Below are positions 20,102 through 29,519 of a stretch of DNA of 64,000 nt, piece by piece. The stretch covers positions 1,088,001 through 1,152,000 of the forward strand of contig OZ245003.1 in NCBI GenBank assembly GCA_965223425.1, in the 5' to 3' direction. The stretch comes from Nitrosopumilus sp. (GTDB lineage: Archaea > Thermoproteota > Nitrososphaeria > Nitrososphaerales > Nitrosopumilaceae). Each line of letters begins with the position of its first letter. The first letter of the stretch is position 1. Below the pieces are notes generated by a model. The model saw nothing but the letters and a program-made list of their open reading frames with translations. It had not been told where the DNA came from and ran no database searches. Position numbers and translations under genes: made by a program.

Positions 20102-21633
20102 TAGTCTAATAACAAATCTTTTTGAACAAGTCCTTGTGTTGATTCTACTGCAATTTCATTCATTTTATCTGCGTTTGCCCAAGCGTTTATTGCACTCTGG
20201 TCTGATCCCATTATCTTTTCTTTTACTTCTTCTACATGGACTAGTGACGGCAAGTTGGTCCATTGGCCTACAAGAACTGCGTCTCCTACATTTAGCGAGG
20301 TTAATTGAGCAATCAATTCACGACTAGTGGACTCTGTTGCTGAGGCTATTTGACGTTGATCATCTTCTTGAATAATCTTCATTATGGCAAATGAACCCAT
20401 TTGGCTGAGCACATTTAGGTCTACACTTCTTGGTCTCTGAGATACTATTCCAAGACCCAGTCCAAACTTTCTTCCCTCTCTTGCAATTTTTGCAGCCCAG
20501 TATTTTGCACTGGTGTCATGATCTTTTGGAATAAACACATGAGCTTCTTCTATGATTACGAAGATGGGTGAATTAAATCGATAATCTCTTTCTCTCTTTG
20601 TTTTTCCATGTCTGGCAATACTTGCATCTTTTCTGTCTTTGAGTAACTGTTGCAAGTAAAATGCAACTGCAACGTTAGCTTGTTTTTCTGACAGTTCTGA
20701 AATGTTAAGTACGTTTGTACGCCCTTCTTTGATAAAGCTGATTGGATCTCCCATGTCTGGATCTAAAATATCCTCAAATCTTCTTTGGGCCTCGTCTATG
20801 ATATCTCGAACTCTGTATGCAGATGTCCGTGTCTCTTTTAGTTTTTTCTCGTCTGAATTCACTATAAAATCTACCTCGTTTTCTAATTTTTTCCAAAATT
20901 CTCTTGATTCTTTGACATGTTTTGTAAATGTCATTCTCAAAACTCGCTGCTGGACATTTGCACCATCTCTGATCTCTAAAACTTCTGAGAGTTGGTCTGC
21001 ATCTAACAGTCTGGGATTAATTTTTGCGTCAAACACATTGATACGTGGAATATTTAGTGCTGTGTAATCGTTGTGATAATCAAAAATTATTACAGTTCCT
21101 TTTAGTTTGGAGATCTGTTTTGTAATTAGAGAGACAAGATTACTTTTCCCCATTCCCGTCATTGCTAAAACCCCTAAATGCCTTGAAACAATTTTGTCTA
21201 AATTCACTTTGGCATCGATTGTCTTATTTCGCAAAAGATTTCCAACCTTCACCCACCCTTCATTTCTTGGACTGAAAACCTCTTCAAGGTCTTGTTTGCT
21301 CGGTTGCGTTATCTCTGTGCCTGGAATTGGCGGAATTGCCGGAATTGTTGATTGGCCCCTTCTCAAATTTTCTAAAAATCCTAAAATTCCGATATGTGCA
21401 GTAAATGTTTTGTCTCTTTTGTTGATGTCTGCAATTTCAATGCTTTCAGACGCTTCATCAAAATTTTTCACATCAGTAAAAGCAGCACTTGTTATTGAGG
21501 ATCTTTCAACTAACCCAAGAATTTCTCCATCCTCTGACCCTATTTTGATATATTCTCCTACCGATAATGCTCTTGAAGTAATTGCAGTTACAAATGTGGG
21601 TTTTGATTCACCTACTACAAAACCTAAACTCAT
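20101..21633 (-). CDS. herA: HerA helicase/translocase
   Basis: AMTGMGKS, IEEAH, AREGRKFG and SQRP. Confidence 0.95.
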   Translation of the reverse strand: MSLGFVVGESKPTFVTAITSRALSVGEYIKIGSEDGEILGLVERSSITSAAFTDVKNFDEASESIEIADINKRDKTFTAHIGILGFLENLRRGQSTIPAIPPIPGTEITQPSKQDLEEVFSPRNEGWVKVGNLLRNKTIDAKVNLDKIVSRHLGVLAMTGMGKSNLVSLITKQISKLKGTVIIFDYHNDYTALNIPRINVFDAKINPRLLDADQLSEVLEIRDGANVQQRVLRMTFTKHVKESREFWKKLENEVDFIVNSDEKKLKETRTSAYRVRDIIDEAQRRFEDILDPDMGDPISFIKEGRTNVLNISELSEKQANVAVAFYLQQLLKDRKDASIARHGKTKRERDYRFNSPIFVIIEEAHVFIPKDHDTSAKYWAAKIAREGRKFGLGLGIVSQRPRSVDLNVLSQMGSFAIMKIIQEDDQRQIASATESTSRELIAQLTSLNVGDAVLVGQWTNLPSLVHVEEVKEKIMGSDQSAINAWANADKMNEIAVESTQGLVQKDLLLD

Positions 21634-22466
21634 CCTAATACCTCCCGTGAACCGATCTCATTACTTAATCCTAACAAACTAACCATTTTTGCAAGTTCTT
21701 TATCGGATATTTTACAGTTGTTGTGTGCAAGTTTTAGCGCATATGGATATCCGCCTATGCTGGTTTTGTATAATTTATTCATCACTGATTTTATCTCGTC
21801 TTCTTCATAATGATCCCCTAAAAACTCCAATTTGATTATCGGAGTTGAGTCACTTAGTCTTACGAATGTTGAGGAAATGATTTTACCCATTCCATATTTT
21901 TTTTCTACAAATATCTTACTGAATCCTGGTTTATTTGTAACATGATTATAATAGAAGATATCTCCTGCTAGAGAGCCTAAACTTTCAAACTGTTTTTTTG
22001 TATTTGACGTCTTTGCGATGAATATGACATTGTTTTTCTTCTTAATAGTCTTTACAATCAACGAACTCAGTGTAGATTGTCTTGTCATTAATTGAGAATG
22101 TAATGAACCATCCATCAAGACCAAGTCAACCATGTCTACAGTTTTTTCACATGCATCGATTTCCATTTTACTTGCTATGCTTGAAATGTTGTCAGCAGAA
22201 CCTAGCCCTGATTCGTGCAAATCCACTAGCAATTCTCCATCAGATTTTATTGAAACTGCTGTAGTTGCCCAAAGCTCAATTCCTTGAAACTTGGTATTGT
22301 TAAAACTACTGTCAATCCCCGCTGTGACCACCTCTTCTTTTGTAGGCGTGAATTCAACCCAGCTCTCTCTTGCTTTCTGCAAAATTTGCTCAAATTTGGC
22401 ACCTTTGAGAATAGAGAGCATTTTGTCCCTGTTTATGATGGCGTCTTTGTATACAGTATTGAGCAT
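21630..22466 (-). CDS. nurA: NurA nuclease
   Basis: GIDSS, MDGS and GYPYALKLAH; operon context. Confidence 0.9.
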   Translation of the reverse strand: MLNTVYKDAIINRDKMLSILKGAKFEQILQKARESWVEFTPTKEEVVTAGIDSSFNNTKFQGIELWATTAVSIKSDGELLVDLHESGLGSADNISSIASKMEIDACEKTVDMVDLVLMDGSLHSQLMTRQSTLSSLIVKTIKKKNNVIFIAKTSNTKKQFESLGSLAGDIFYYNHVTNKPGFSKIFVEKKYGMGKIISSTFVRLSDSTPIIKLEFLGDHYEEDEIKSVMNKLYKTSIGGYPYALKLAHNNCKISDKELAKMVSLLGLSNEIGSREVLG

Positions 22467-22539
22467 AACAACAGTTCGTTGGTTTGAATAAAATCTTTAG
22501 GTTATGCCAGACTTTGACAAAACTGATCCATTCAAACCA

Positions 22540-23595
22540 TTATCCAATCCTGCCCTTTAGAACAATTTTCTCGTCTGTGTTTGATGGGGTAGATCTGTCG
22601 ATGTATCTGATTTCATACCAATCTCCAATATGGATTGTCTTGCCGTCAATTTCACGCGGTATTTTGATTTGCACTTCAAACGTGCTTGTATTTGGGCCTG
22701 TTTCAACTAGATATCCTCTGTTTGCATCAAACTTTGGATTGGCCAAAGTGGTTCTAATTCCGCCTTCCCCCCTAAACTCTAATTCGCTTAAAGGAATTTT
22801 ATCTTCATCCCGTGAATCTCTGTTTGAATCAGGCTCGTAAATTCTCACAGTAAACTCGTGTCCGATTCTTGATCCCCCTCCTCCAGATGTTTGCACGTTT
22901 GCAAACGTCTTTGTTAATGGGACTGACTTTACCAGCACTCTGCTTTCTCCAGAGTAATCTGACTCGTCCAAGTATTTTATCATGACAATGTCATCTTGAC
23001 TTAGCGGCCTTCCGTCAATTGTATCTGGCAACTCTAGCCTCACATAAAATTGCCCTGTATTTGGTCCTGTCTCAATTATGTTGCTTGGACCGTTTATTGG
23101 AATTCCGTTAATCGTGAATTCAAACAAGCCTTCAGTTGATACTACCTCTACGCCGCTATGTGCCAGATTCAAATCATGATCTGTTATGTAAAAATTTACT
23201 ACTGACATACTAGATGCGGGAATTGTTTCGATCTCTTTTTCTGCTTTTGTAACTTTTGTTACTTTTGTAGGAATTACCAGCATTCCTGCATCATACATTC
23301 TCTCAGCAGTTTCTGGCCTAACGCATGCAGGGGAACCGTTTATTCTAATTACCAAGCCTAAACCGTCTTTACACACAACGTCTGTGGCCAGTACCCCTCC
23401 CTGCATCTGCTTTTTTGGCGATTCTAACTTGGCTACTTTTTGACTGTGAGGAATTTCCGAACACAATATACCCCCACACAGTTTGTCCGAATTTGTTTGC
23501 CACGCTGGCTTTTCTGCATCTTGCTCTGAAAATGATTCTTGTAATCCAATCATTCCAACCAAAACCGCTGGGATTGCCATCCATACTAGCCTCAT
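22540..23595 (-). CDS. Secreted hypothetical protein with ETGPNT repeats (S-layer-like)
   Basis: Likely start MRLVWMAIP; SPKKQM..GV..C..L motif; two ETGPNT motifs. Confidence 0.7.
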   Translation of the reverse strand: MRLVWMAIPAVLVGMIGLQESFSEQDAEKPAWQTNSDKLCGGILCSEIPHSQKVAKLESPKKQMQGGVLATDVVCKDGLGLVIRINGSPACVRPETAERMYDAGMLVIPTKVTKVTKAEKEIETIPASSMSVVNFYITDHDLNLAHSGVEVVSTEGLFEFTINGIPINGPSNIIETGPNTGQFYVRLELPDTIDGRPLSQDDIVMIKYLDESDYSGESRVLVKSVPLTKTFANVQTSGGGGSRIGHEFTVRIYEPDSNRDSRDEDKIPLSELEFRGEGGIRTTLANPKFDANRGYLVETGPNTSTFEVQIKIPREIDGKTIHIGDWYEIRYIDRSTPSNTDEKIVLKGRIG

Positions 23596-23702
23596 AATCA
23601 GATACTGTCCCCCGAACCTGATAAAGCATTCTACTAACCCGTTCAAATCTATGATAACACATAGACTAGAATTAATTAAGAGACTAGTTCTAAAATAGAC
23701 AC

Positions 23703-24521
23703 TTGAAAAAAATTGGTTTGTTGGGGTGTGGCTCAATTGGCACGCAAATTGCGCTTGCAATTGATTCTGGAAAAATTCCAGCTGTTCTAACTCATGTTTA
23801 TGACAGCTCTAAAGATGCTGCAGCTGAACTTGTTTCAAAACTAGACACAAAACCTGAAATTGTTGAAAATTCTCATCTTTTATCCTCGCATCCGGTAAAT
23901 ATTATAGTCGAAGCTGCATCTCAAGATGCAGTAAAAGATGTTGCACTAAGTGTTTTACAAAACAAACGTGATCTGATGATTATGAGTGTTGGCGCACTGC
24001 TTGATGAGTCCATATATGATATTTTATCAGACGCATGTACTGATTTTAAAAGAACAATCTACCTTCCGTCAGGTGCAATTGCTGGTTTGGATGGAATAAA
24101 ATCAGTTAAAGATGAATTGGAATCTCTCTTCATTACCACTACAAAACATCCGCGTTCTCTGAAGGGCGCCAAGTTTTTTGAAAATTCTGCAATTGATCTA
24201 GATACAGTTAATTCCTCCACAGTAGTCTTTGAGGGCATTGCCAAAGAGGCCGTTTCATTATTTCCTGCCAACATCAATGTTGCCGCACTTTTATCATTAT
24301 CCGGAATAGGCAGTGAAAAAACAGTTGTAAAAATTATTGCTGATCCAAACACAGACAAAAACACGCACCGCATCGAAGCTGCAGGAAAGTTTGGCAGGAT
24401 GACCTTTACGATTGAAAATTTTCCTGATCCCGGCAATCCAAAAACAAGCAGATTGGCAATTTTGTCTGCAATTGAAACTCTGAGAAAATACTGCTCAGAT
24501 GATATTCAGATTGGTACCTAA
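23703..24521 (+). CDS. nadX: L-aspartate dehydrogenase
   Basis: GLLGCGSIG, SGAIAGLD, FPANINVA and NPKTS; adjacent to nadA. Confidence 0.9.
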   Translation: MKKIGLLGCGSIGTQIALAIDSGKIPAVLTHVYDSSKDAAAELVSKLDTKPEIVENSHLLSSHPVNIIVEAASQDAVKDVALSVLQNKRDLMIMSVGALLDESIYDILSDACTDFKRTIYLPSGAIAGLDGIKSVKDELESLFITTTKHPRSLKGAKFFENSAIDLDTVNSSTVVFEGIAKEAVSLFPANINVAALLSLSGIGSEKTVVKIIADPNTDKNTHRIEAAGKFGRMTFTIENFPDPGNPKTSRLAILSAIETLRKYCSDDIQIGT

Positions 24522-24614
24522 TATGGCAATAATTGCCACATTTGGTAGTTTTTTGGAGAATTATAGACTACTTCCCATTCTTTAAATCCCCACAAATTCA
24601 AATTTTTACGGTTT

Positions 24615-25571
24615 ATGCTAGTACAACAAGCTTCAAAACTAAAAGATGAGATTCTAAGGCTCAAGAAAGAAAAAGATGTGGTGATTTTAGCACACAATTA
24701 CCAAATTCCCGACATACAGGACGTAGCTGATTTTACCGGGGATTCTTTGGGCTTGTCAAGGCAAGCAGCCAAAGTTGCCCAAAAGACAATTTTATTTTGC
24801 GGTGTAAACTTTATGGCAGAAACTGCTGCCATCATTAGCCCTGAAAAAAAGGTACTGCTTCCTGATTTAGAAGCTGGATGTTCATTGTCTGATTCAATTA
24901 CTGTTGATGAATTGCGTAACTGGAAAAAACAACATCCTGATGCTATTGCAGTTGGTTATGTTAACACTACTGCAGAAATTAAAGCAGAACTTGATTATTG
25001 CTGTACATCATCCAATGCTGTAAACATTGTAAAGGCAATACCTGAAGATAAAGAGATTTTGTTCTTGCCTGATATGTTCCTTGGCTCTTATGTTGCAAAA
25101 ATGACTGGAAGAAAAAACATGCATATCTGGGCAGGTGAATGTCACGTGCACGCAGGAATCACTCCTGATGATGTTGTGAAAAAATTAGACTCGATGAAAG
25201 ACGCTGAATTTGTCATTCATCCAGAATGCGGCTGCACTACTCCGATGATGTATGATGTTGCAGATGGAAGCTTTGACGATAAAAAAGTATCAATACTCTC
25301 TACAGAAGGAATGCTAAAGCATGTTAACGAATCTGATTCAAAGAATTTTGTTGTTGCCACTGAAACTGGAATATTGTATAGAATGAGACGACAAAACCCT
25401 GATAAAAAATTCCTTCCTGCATCAGAAAAAGCTGAATGCCAATACATGAAAATGATTACACTTGAAAAAGTATATGATGCATTGATTGATGAAAAAAATA
25501 TTGTTACTGTTCCCGCAGAAATTGCTGAAAAAGCCCGTCTGGCAATTAGTCGGATGCTTGAAATCAGCTAA
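24615..25571 (+). CDS. nadA: Quinolinate synthase
   Basis: LAHNYQ, GDSLGLS, GCSLS and HPEC. Confidence 0.95.
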   Translation: MLVQQASKLKDEILRLKKEKDVVILAHNYQIPDIQDVADFTGDSLGLSRQAAKVAQKTILFCGVNFMAETAAIISPEKKVLLPDLEAGCSLSDSITVDELRNWKKQHPDAIAVGYVNTTAEIKAELDYCCTSSNAVNIVKAIPEDKEILFLPDMFLGSYVAKMTGRKNMHIWAGECHVHAGITPDDVVKKLDSMKDAEFVIHPECGCTTPMMYDVADGSFDDKKVSILSTEGMLKHVNESDSKNFVVATETGILYRMRRQNPDKKFLPASEKAECQYMKMITLEKVYDALIDEKNIVTVPAEIAEKARLAISRMLEIS

Positions 25572-25582
25572 CCGGTATTAAT

Positions 25583-25975
25583 ATGGTCAGATTACTTGGC
25601 AGGACTCCAAAAGATCCTCAGCTAAAAAGGAATGTTGAAAAACTTAAAAAATTTAAAAAGCTGGTTAAGGAAAAAAAATATGCCGAGGCCCTAAAATCAG
25701 GCACAGAATATCTGGAAAAAGTACCACATAACCATGATGTTTTGTTTACTGTGGGTGGAATTTTTTACCTAAACAACAAACTCAAGACCGCAATTTCCTA
25801 CTTTGATAGGGCACTTGAAATTGGTTCTTATGATGTTGAAATTTTACTCTTGAAGGCCTATTCCCATCAGAAATTAGGTGAAAACAAACGGGCAATGCAA
25901 TGTTGTGACAAAATTCGTGAGGTAGATCCAAAAAATAAATCCGTGTCAGAGCTGTTAGGGCAACTGAGTTCTTAA
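25583..25975 (+). CDS. TPR-repeat protein
   Basis: TPR-like helices (AISYFDRALEI). Confidence 0.8.
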   Translation: MVRLLGRTPKDPQLKRNVEKLKKFKKLVKEKKYAEALKSGTEYLEKVPHNHDVLFTVGGIFYLNNKLKTAISYFDRALEIGSYDVEILLLKAYSHQKLGENKRAMQCCDKIREVDPKNKSVSELLGQLSS

Positions 25976-26790
25976 ATTTCCAAACTCATGTCGATTCCTT
26001 TAACCGAGTTTGTAATGCTGCCTACTGAAATAATATCGACACCTGTCTGTCCATACTTTGAGATATTTTTAGAATTTATTCCCCCTGATGCCTCAAGCAT
26101 TACTTTGTTTCGTAATTTCTGATTCTTGAGATCTTGAACCGTTCCCTTAATTTGAGACGGAGAAAAATTATCCAACATGATTATTGTTGCCCCTTCTTTT
26201 GCGGCAAGAATTGCATCTGAAGCGTTTTCTACTTCTATTTCGAATTTGCTGTGCTTTCTCTTTGCTTTTTTAATTAAGGATAGTAGCGAACCCTCTACTG
26301 CAATATGGTTGTCTTTAATCATTACCATTTCGTCTAGTCCCAGCCTGTGTTTTTTGCCTCCGCCTATTTCTACTGCTTCCTTGTCAAAATATCTTAGTCC
26401 TGGAGCAGTTTTTCTTGTAGCGTATAATTTTGTTTTATTTGGGATTTTTTTTACAAGTTCATTTGTTTGGGTTGCAATTCCGCTCATTCTAGTAAGAATG
26501 TTTAATGCAGTTCTCTCGCATGTCAAAACTTTTCCTGCATTTCCAGTAATGATCATTACAGTTTGATTTGGTTTTATTGCAGAACCGTCTTTTTTCACAA
26601 TTTTTGCATTGCAGCCTTTCAGTTTGAAAACTTCTTTTGCATGTTTTGTCCCTGCCACAATAGCGTTTTCTCTTGAAATAATTTTCACTGAAATTTTTTG
26701 CTTGTGCAAGAGCGCACTGGTAATGTCCCCCTTTCCTATGTCTTCTGCAAGAAACTGTGATAGCTGTTTTTTAGAATTAAACGACAACAT
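25972..26790 (-). CDS. nadC: Quinolinate phosphoribosyltransferase
   Basis: TRKTAPGLR, KDNH, MLDNF and EASGGI. Confidence 0.95.
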   Translation of the reverse strand: MLSFNSKKQLSQFLAEDIGKGDITSALLHKQKISVKIISRENAIVAGTKHAKEVFKLKGCNAKIVKKDGSAIKPNQTVMIITGNAGKVLTCERTALNILTRMSGIATQTNELVKKIPNKTKLYATRKTAPGLRYFDKEAVEIGGGKKHRLGLDEMVMIKDNHIAVEGSLLSLIKKAKRKHSKFEIEVENASDAILAAKEGATIIMLDNFSPSQIKGTVQDLKNQKLRNKVMLEASGGINSKNISKYGQTGVDIISVGSITNSVKGIDMSLEI

Positions 26791-26832
26791 AATGATAAAA
26801 TACAAATGTAATTTTAAAGATTTAGAAATATT

Positions 26833-27021
26833 TTATGTTACTTTGATAGCATATTTGCCTTTTTGGGTAATTCCTAGGGTTTTAGAAATTTCTGAATTTG
26901 TCGGATCTACTACAAGTACAACCCCGTTCCAATCCGGCGTCAAGTCCGATGACTTGCAAATTCTACATACTTTGCCTGTGTTGACGCATTTACACTTTCT
27001 ACATGCCATCTCCCGTGCCAT
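26833..27021 (-). CDS. spt4: Transcription elongation factor Spt4 (RpoE'')
   Basis: CRKC...CRIC zinc finger and GKYAIKV; downstream of rpoE'. Confidence 0.9.
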   Translation of the reverse strand: MAREMACRKCKCVNTGKVCRICKSSDLTPDWNGVVLVVDPTNSEISKTLGITQKGKYAIKVT

Positions 27022-27022
27022 C

Positions 27023-27619
27023 TTAGCTTGCCTCTACTTTAGCTTCTTTTGCTGGTTTGTCTCCGCCGCTGCCGGATTTTTTAATTTCTTCGGCAATCCA
27101 CTCCCCTGCACCAAGAAACGGCTGTCTACATGTAATTCCAATCTTGCCCATTCCTGAGGCTTTTCCTAGCGATACTGCAGTGATTCTTGCACGAAGTGTA
27201 GAACCGACTTTGAGTGTTCTGCCGCTTTGATTAGCTAAAATCATTCCAGACTTTACATCGCTCTTGAGATAATCATCCATCACTTGTGACAAGTGAAGCA
27301 GTGCGTCAGTTGGGCCAATTCTTACAAATGCGCCAAAGTCGGTAATGTCTACAATTTCCCCTTGAACAATTTCTTGCAATTTTGGATAAAATGTTAATGC
27401 TTCAAATTCAACTTTGTGAAAAGTGCCTCCATCCCCTGCAATCATTTTTCCCATCTCGTCGACTTTGGCATCTAAAATCATAATGATGTAACCCAAATCT
27501 GCATTAATCATGCTCTCGTACTTTTCTTTGAGAATGTTTACTGCCGCCTTTTTGAGTGCAGTTCCAAACAAGCTTGGAGGAATCCTGACAACATCAACTA
27601 GGGTAGATATAGAAAACAA
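27023..27619 (-). CDS. rpoE1: RNA polymerase subunit E' (Rpo7)
   Basis: VVRIPP, GDGG and FGAFVRIGP (S1 domain). Confidence 0.95.
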   Translation of the reverse strand: MFSISTLVDVVRIPPSLFGTALKKAAVNILKEKYESMINADLGYIIMILDAKVDEMGKMIAGDGGTFHKVEFEALTFYPKLQEIVQGEIVDITDFGAFVRIGPTDALLHLSQVMDDYLKSDVKSGMILANQSGRTLKVGSTLRARITAVSLGKASGMGKIGITCRQPFLGAGEWIAEEIKKSGSGGDKPAKEAKVEAS

Positions 27620-27670
27620 CTGTGCTGTTTTTCTTGAATTTCAATTTATGAATCTTTGGGTGATTTAGGC

Positions 27671-29136
27671 GTAAGAGGCTAGGTTAGTCACGAACTCAAA
27701 CATTCTAGATCATACTGATCCAAATTCGATGATCCCTGACTCTGTCTAATGAGTGACTCGGAGATCAAGATATTACGGGATGCTCTGGCAAAATCATTTG
27801 CTGAAAACGACAGCTTGCGAAAGATTGTCAGCCAGTTGGCAGGCGATGTAAAAAAATCACAGGCAAGGGAAGCCGAGAAGGATTTGACAATAGCGGAACT
27901 AAAGAGGCGCGTAGCGTTCTACGAGAATCCGCACTCACCGCCGTCGGCAAACTCCATTCCCACGCGCCGAAAAAAGGCAGACCGTGCAAAAGGCGGTTCC
28001 TCCTCCTCCTCCTCCTCCCCTCCAAACAAGGGCGGAGCAAGTGCAGGCCACGTCGGCGCATCCCACAAGAGAAGGCCTGATCACACAACGGTGCACAGGC
28101 CAAAGAAATGCGCAAAGTGCGGCAGCAAAGGCATTACAGTTACAAAGACCACGACAAAGATGACAGTCGACATTCCGGAGATTCCAAGGACCGTATCCAC
28201 AAACAACGTCATACAGCACTGCACCTGCAGGTGCGGACATGTCACAACGCCCCGGGTCGGAATAGACGGAACATCGATTGGCAAGAACCTCATGACAATA
28301 ATCATGTCGCTGCATAAACAAGGCTGCAGCCTGAACTCAATCAGGGAGGCAGCAAGCCTGTATGACACGTCAATCTGCAAAAAAACAATACAAAACGCGC
28401 TGTTTGCATTAGGAGGAGCGTTGGAGTCAGAGGTAGAGTCATGGAAAGAAAATATTGGCAGATCAAAATACCTGAAACTTGATGAGACGTCATATACAAT
28501 ATACGACAAACTGGGATATGTCTGGGTATGCATCGGTGATGATGCGGTACTGATTCATGTGGACAGAAGCAGGGCCGCTGCCGTACTGGATCTTCACTTT
28601 CCTCACTGGGATTCCCGTGACAGTCGACGGTTATGCGGCATACAACAGTTTCAGAACGATTCAACGGTGCTGGTCACACATACTGTGTGATGCCGAATTT
28701 GAACAGGATGATGGTGATGATGATGATGAACCAAAAACCATGCTGTATGAGAAACTGTGTTTGCTATACCACGATGCAAAGCAGGTTGCGCTGCGGCCTG
28801 ACGCGCACACGCATTATGACTCGTTTGTGATCTCCTGCACGGCAATTGCGGATTCGTACAAGGGTTGTCCGGACTGCAAGTTCGGAGACAAGCTGGAAAA
28901 GGCCACACCAAACCTGTTTACGTTTCTAAAGCATCCCGGAATGGATCCCACAAACAACGAATCAGAAAGGATGCTTCGCCGGGTCGTCATATCGCGCAAG
29001 ATTAGACAGCGTCTTGTCACCGAAGCAGGCATGAAGGTATTTGGCATACTTGTGAGCTGCTTGCTGACATGGCAGAAAAGGGGCACCAGCATTCAAGAAG
29101 AGATACTGAGACTGTACTAGAGACCTAGCCTCTTAC
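27671..29136 (+). mobile_element. IS66-family (single-ORF, ISBst12-like) element with frameshifted transposase (27749-28690 and 28557-29120)
   Basis: Perfect TIR gtaagaggctaggt / acctagcctcttac. Motifs LDET, VDGYAAY, QRCWSH and TNNESER; frame break near 28610. Confidence 0.85.
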
Positions 29137-29191
29137 GAACCGCCTAAAGATATCCTTTTAATCAGGTTCCACTATTGTAATATTATAACCA

Positions 29192-29281
29192 CGTCGGGGA
29201 CGGGATTTGAACTCGCGAATTCGATGGTAACCGAAATAGAGTTTTTCAAACTCTCGCCATACCTATCTTGGCTACCCCGAC
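29192..29281 (-). tRNA. Type II (Ser-like body) tRNA or tRNA pseudogene with anticodon GAA
   Basis: Acceptor stem GTCGGGG/CCCCGAC with G73; D-arm GCC..GGC; anticodon stem AGAGT/ACTCT with loop TTGAAAA. Long variable arm; TTCAAAT T-loop; one T-stem mismatch. Confidence 0.6.
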
Positions 29282-29519
29282 GTCTTCTTAATTACAAAAT
29301 CCGCTTAATAATCTGGCGGATCAAATATTTCATGGAATGGTAAAATAATTTCTCGATCAGGATGTGGTGATCCGGTTGAAAATATGGAGGCGATCTGGTT
29401 GGGCCCGTATGACGTAACGGATGTATGGGTGACCGGGTCGTAAGGCCGGTGGATTAGCTTGAACACATGATAACCACCTCGTCGTAGTTGTAGTGATGGA
29501 TCGACCCCTGTATGCATAT

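Noticed and set aside
16893-22466. HerA-NurA as a defence system
   Set aside because: This is the canonical archaeal nurA-herA-mre11-rad50 repair operon.
28600-28625. Programmed frameshift in the IS66 transposase
   Set aside because: There is no slippery sequence at the break, which lies inside the catalytic domain; more likely a small indel.
29516-29519. Shared atat flank of ISH3 ends at 29520 and 9714 as evidence of a rearrangement
   Set aside because: Only 4 bp match and the flanking reading frames do not join; target preference or chance explains it.
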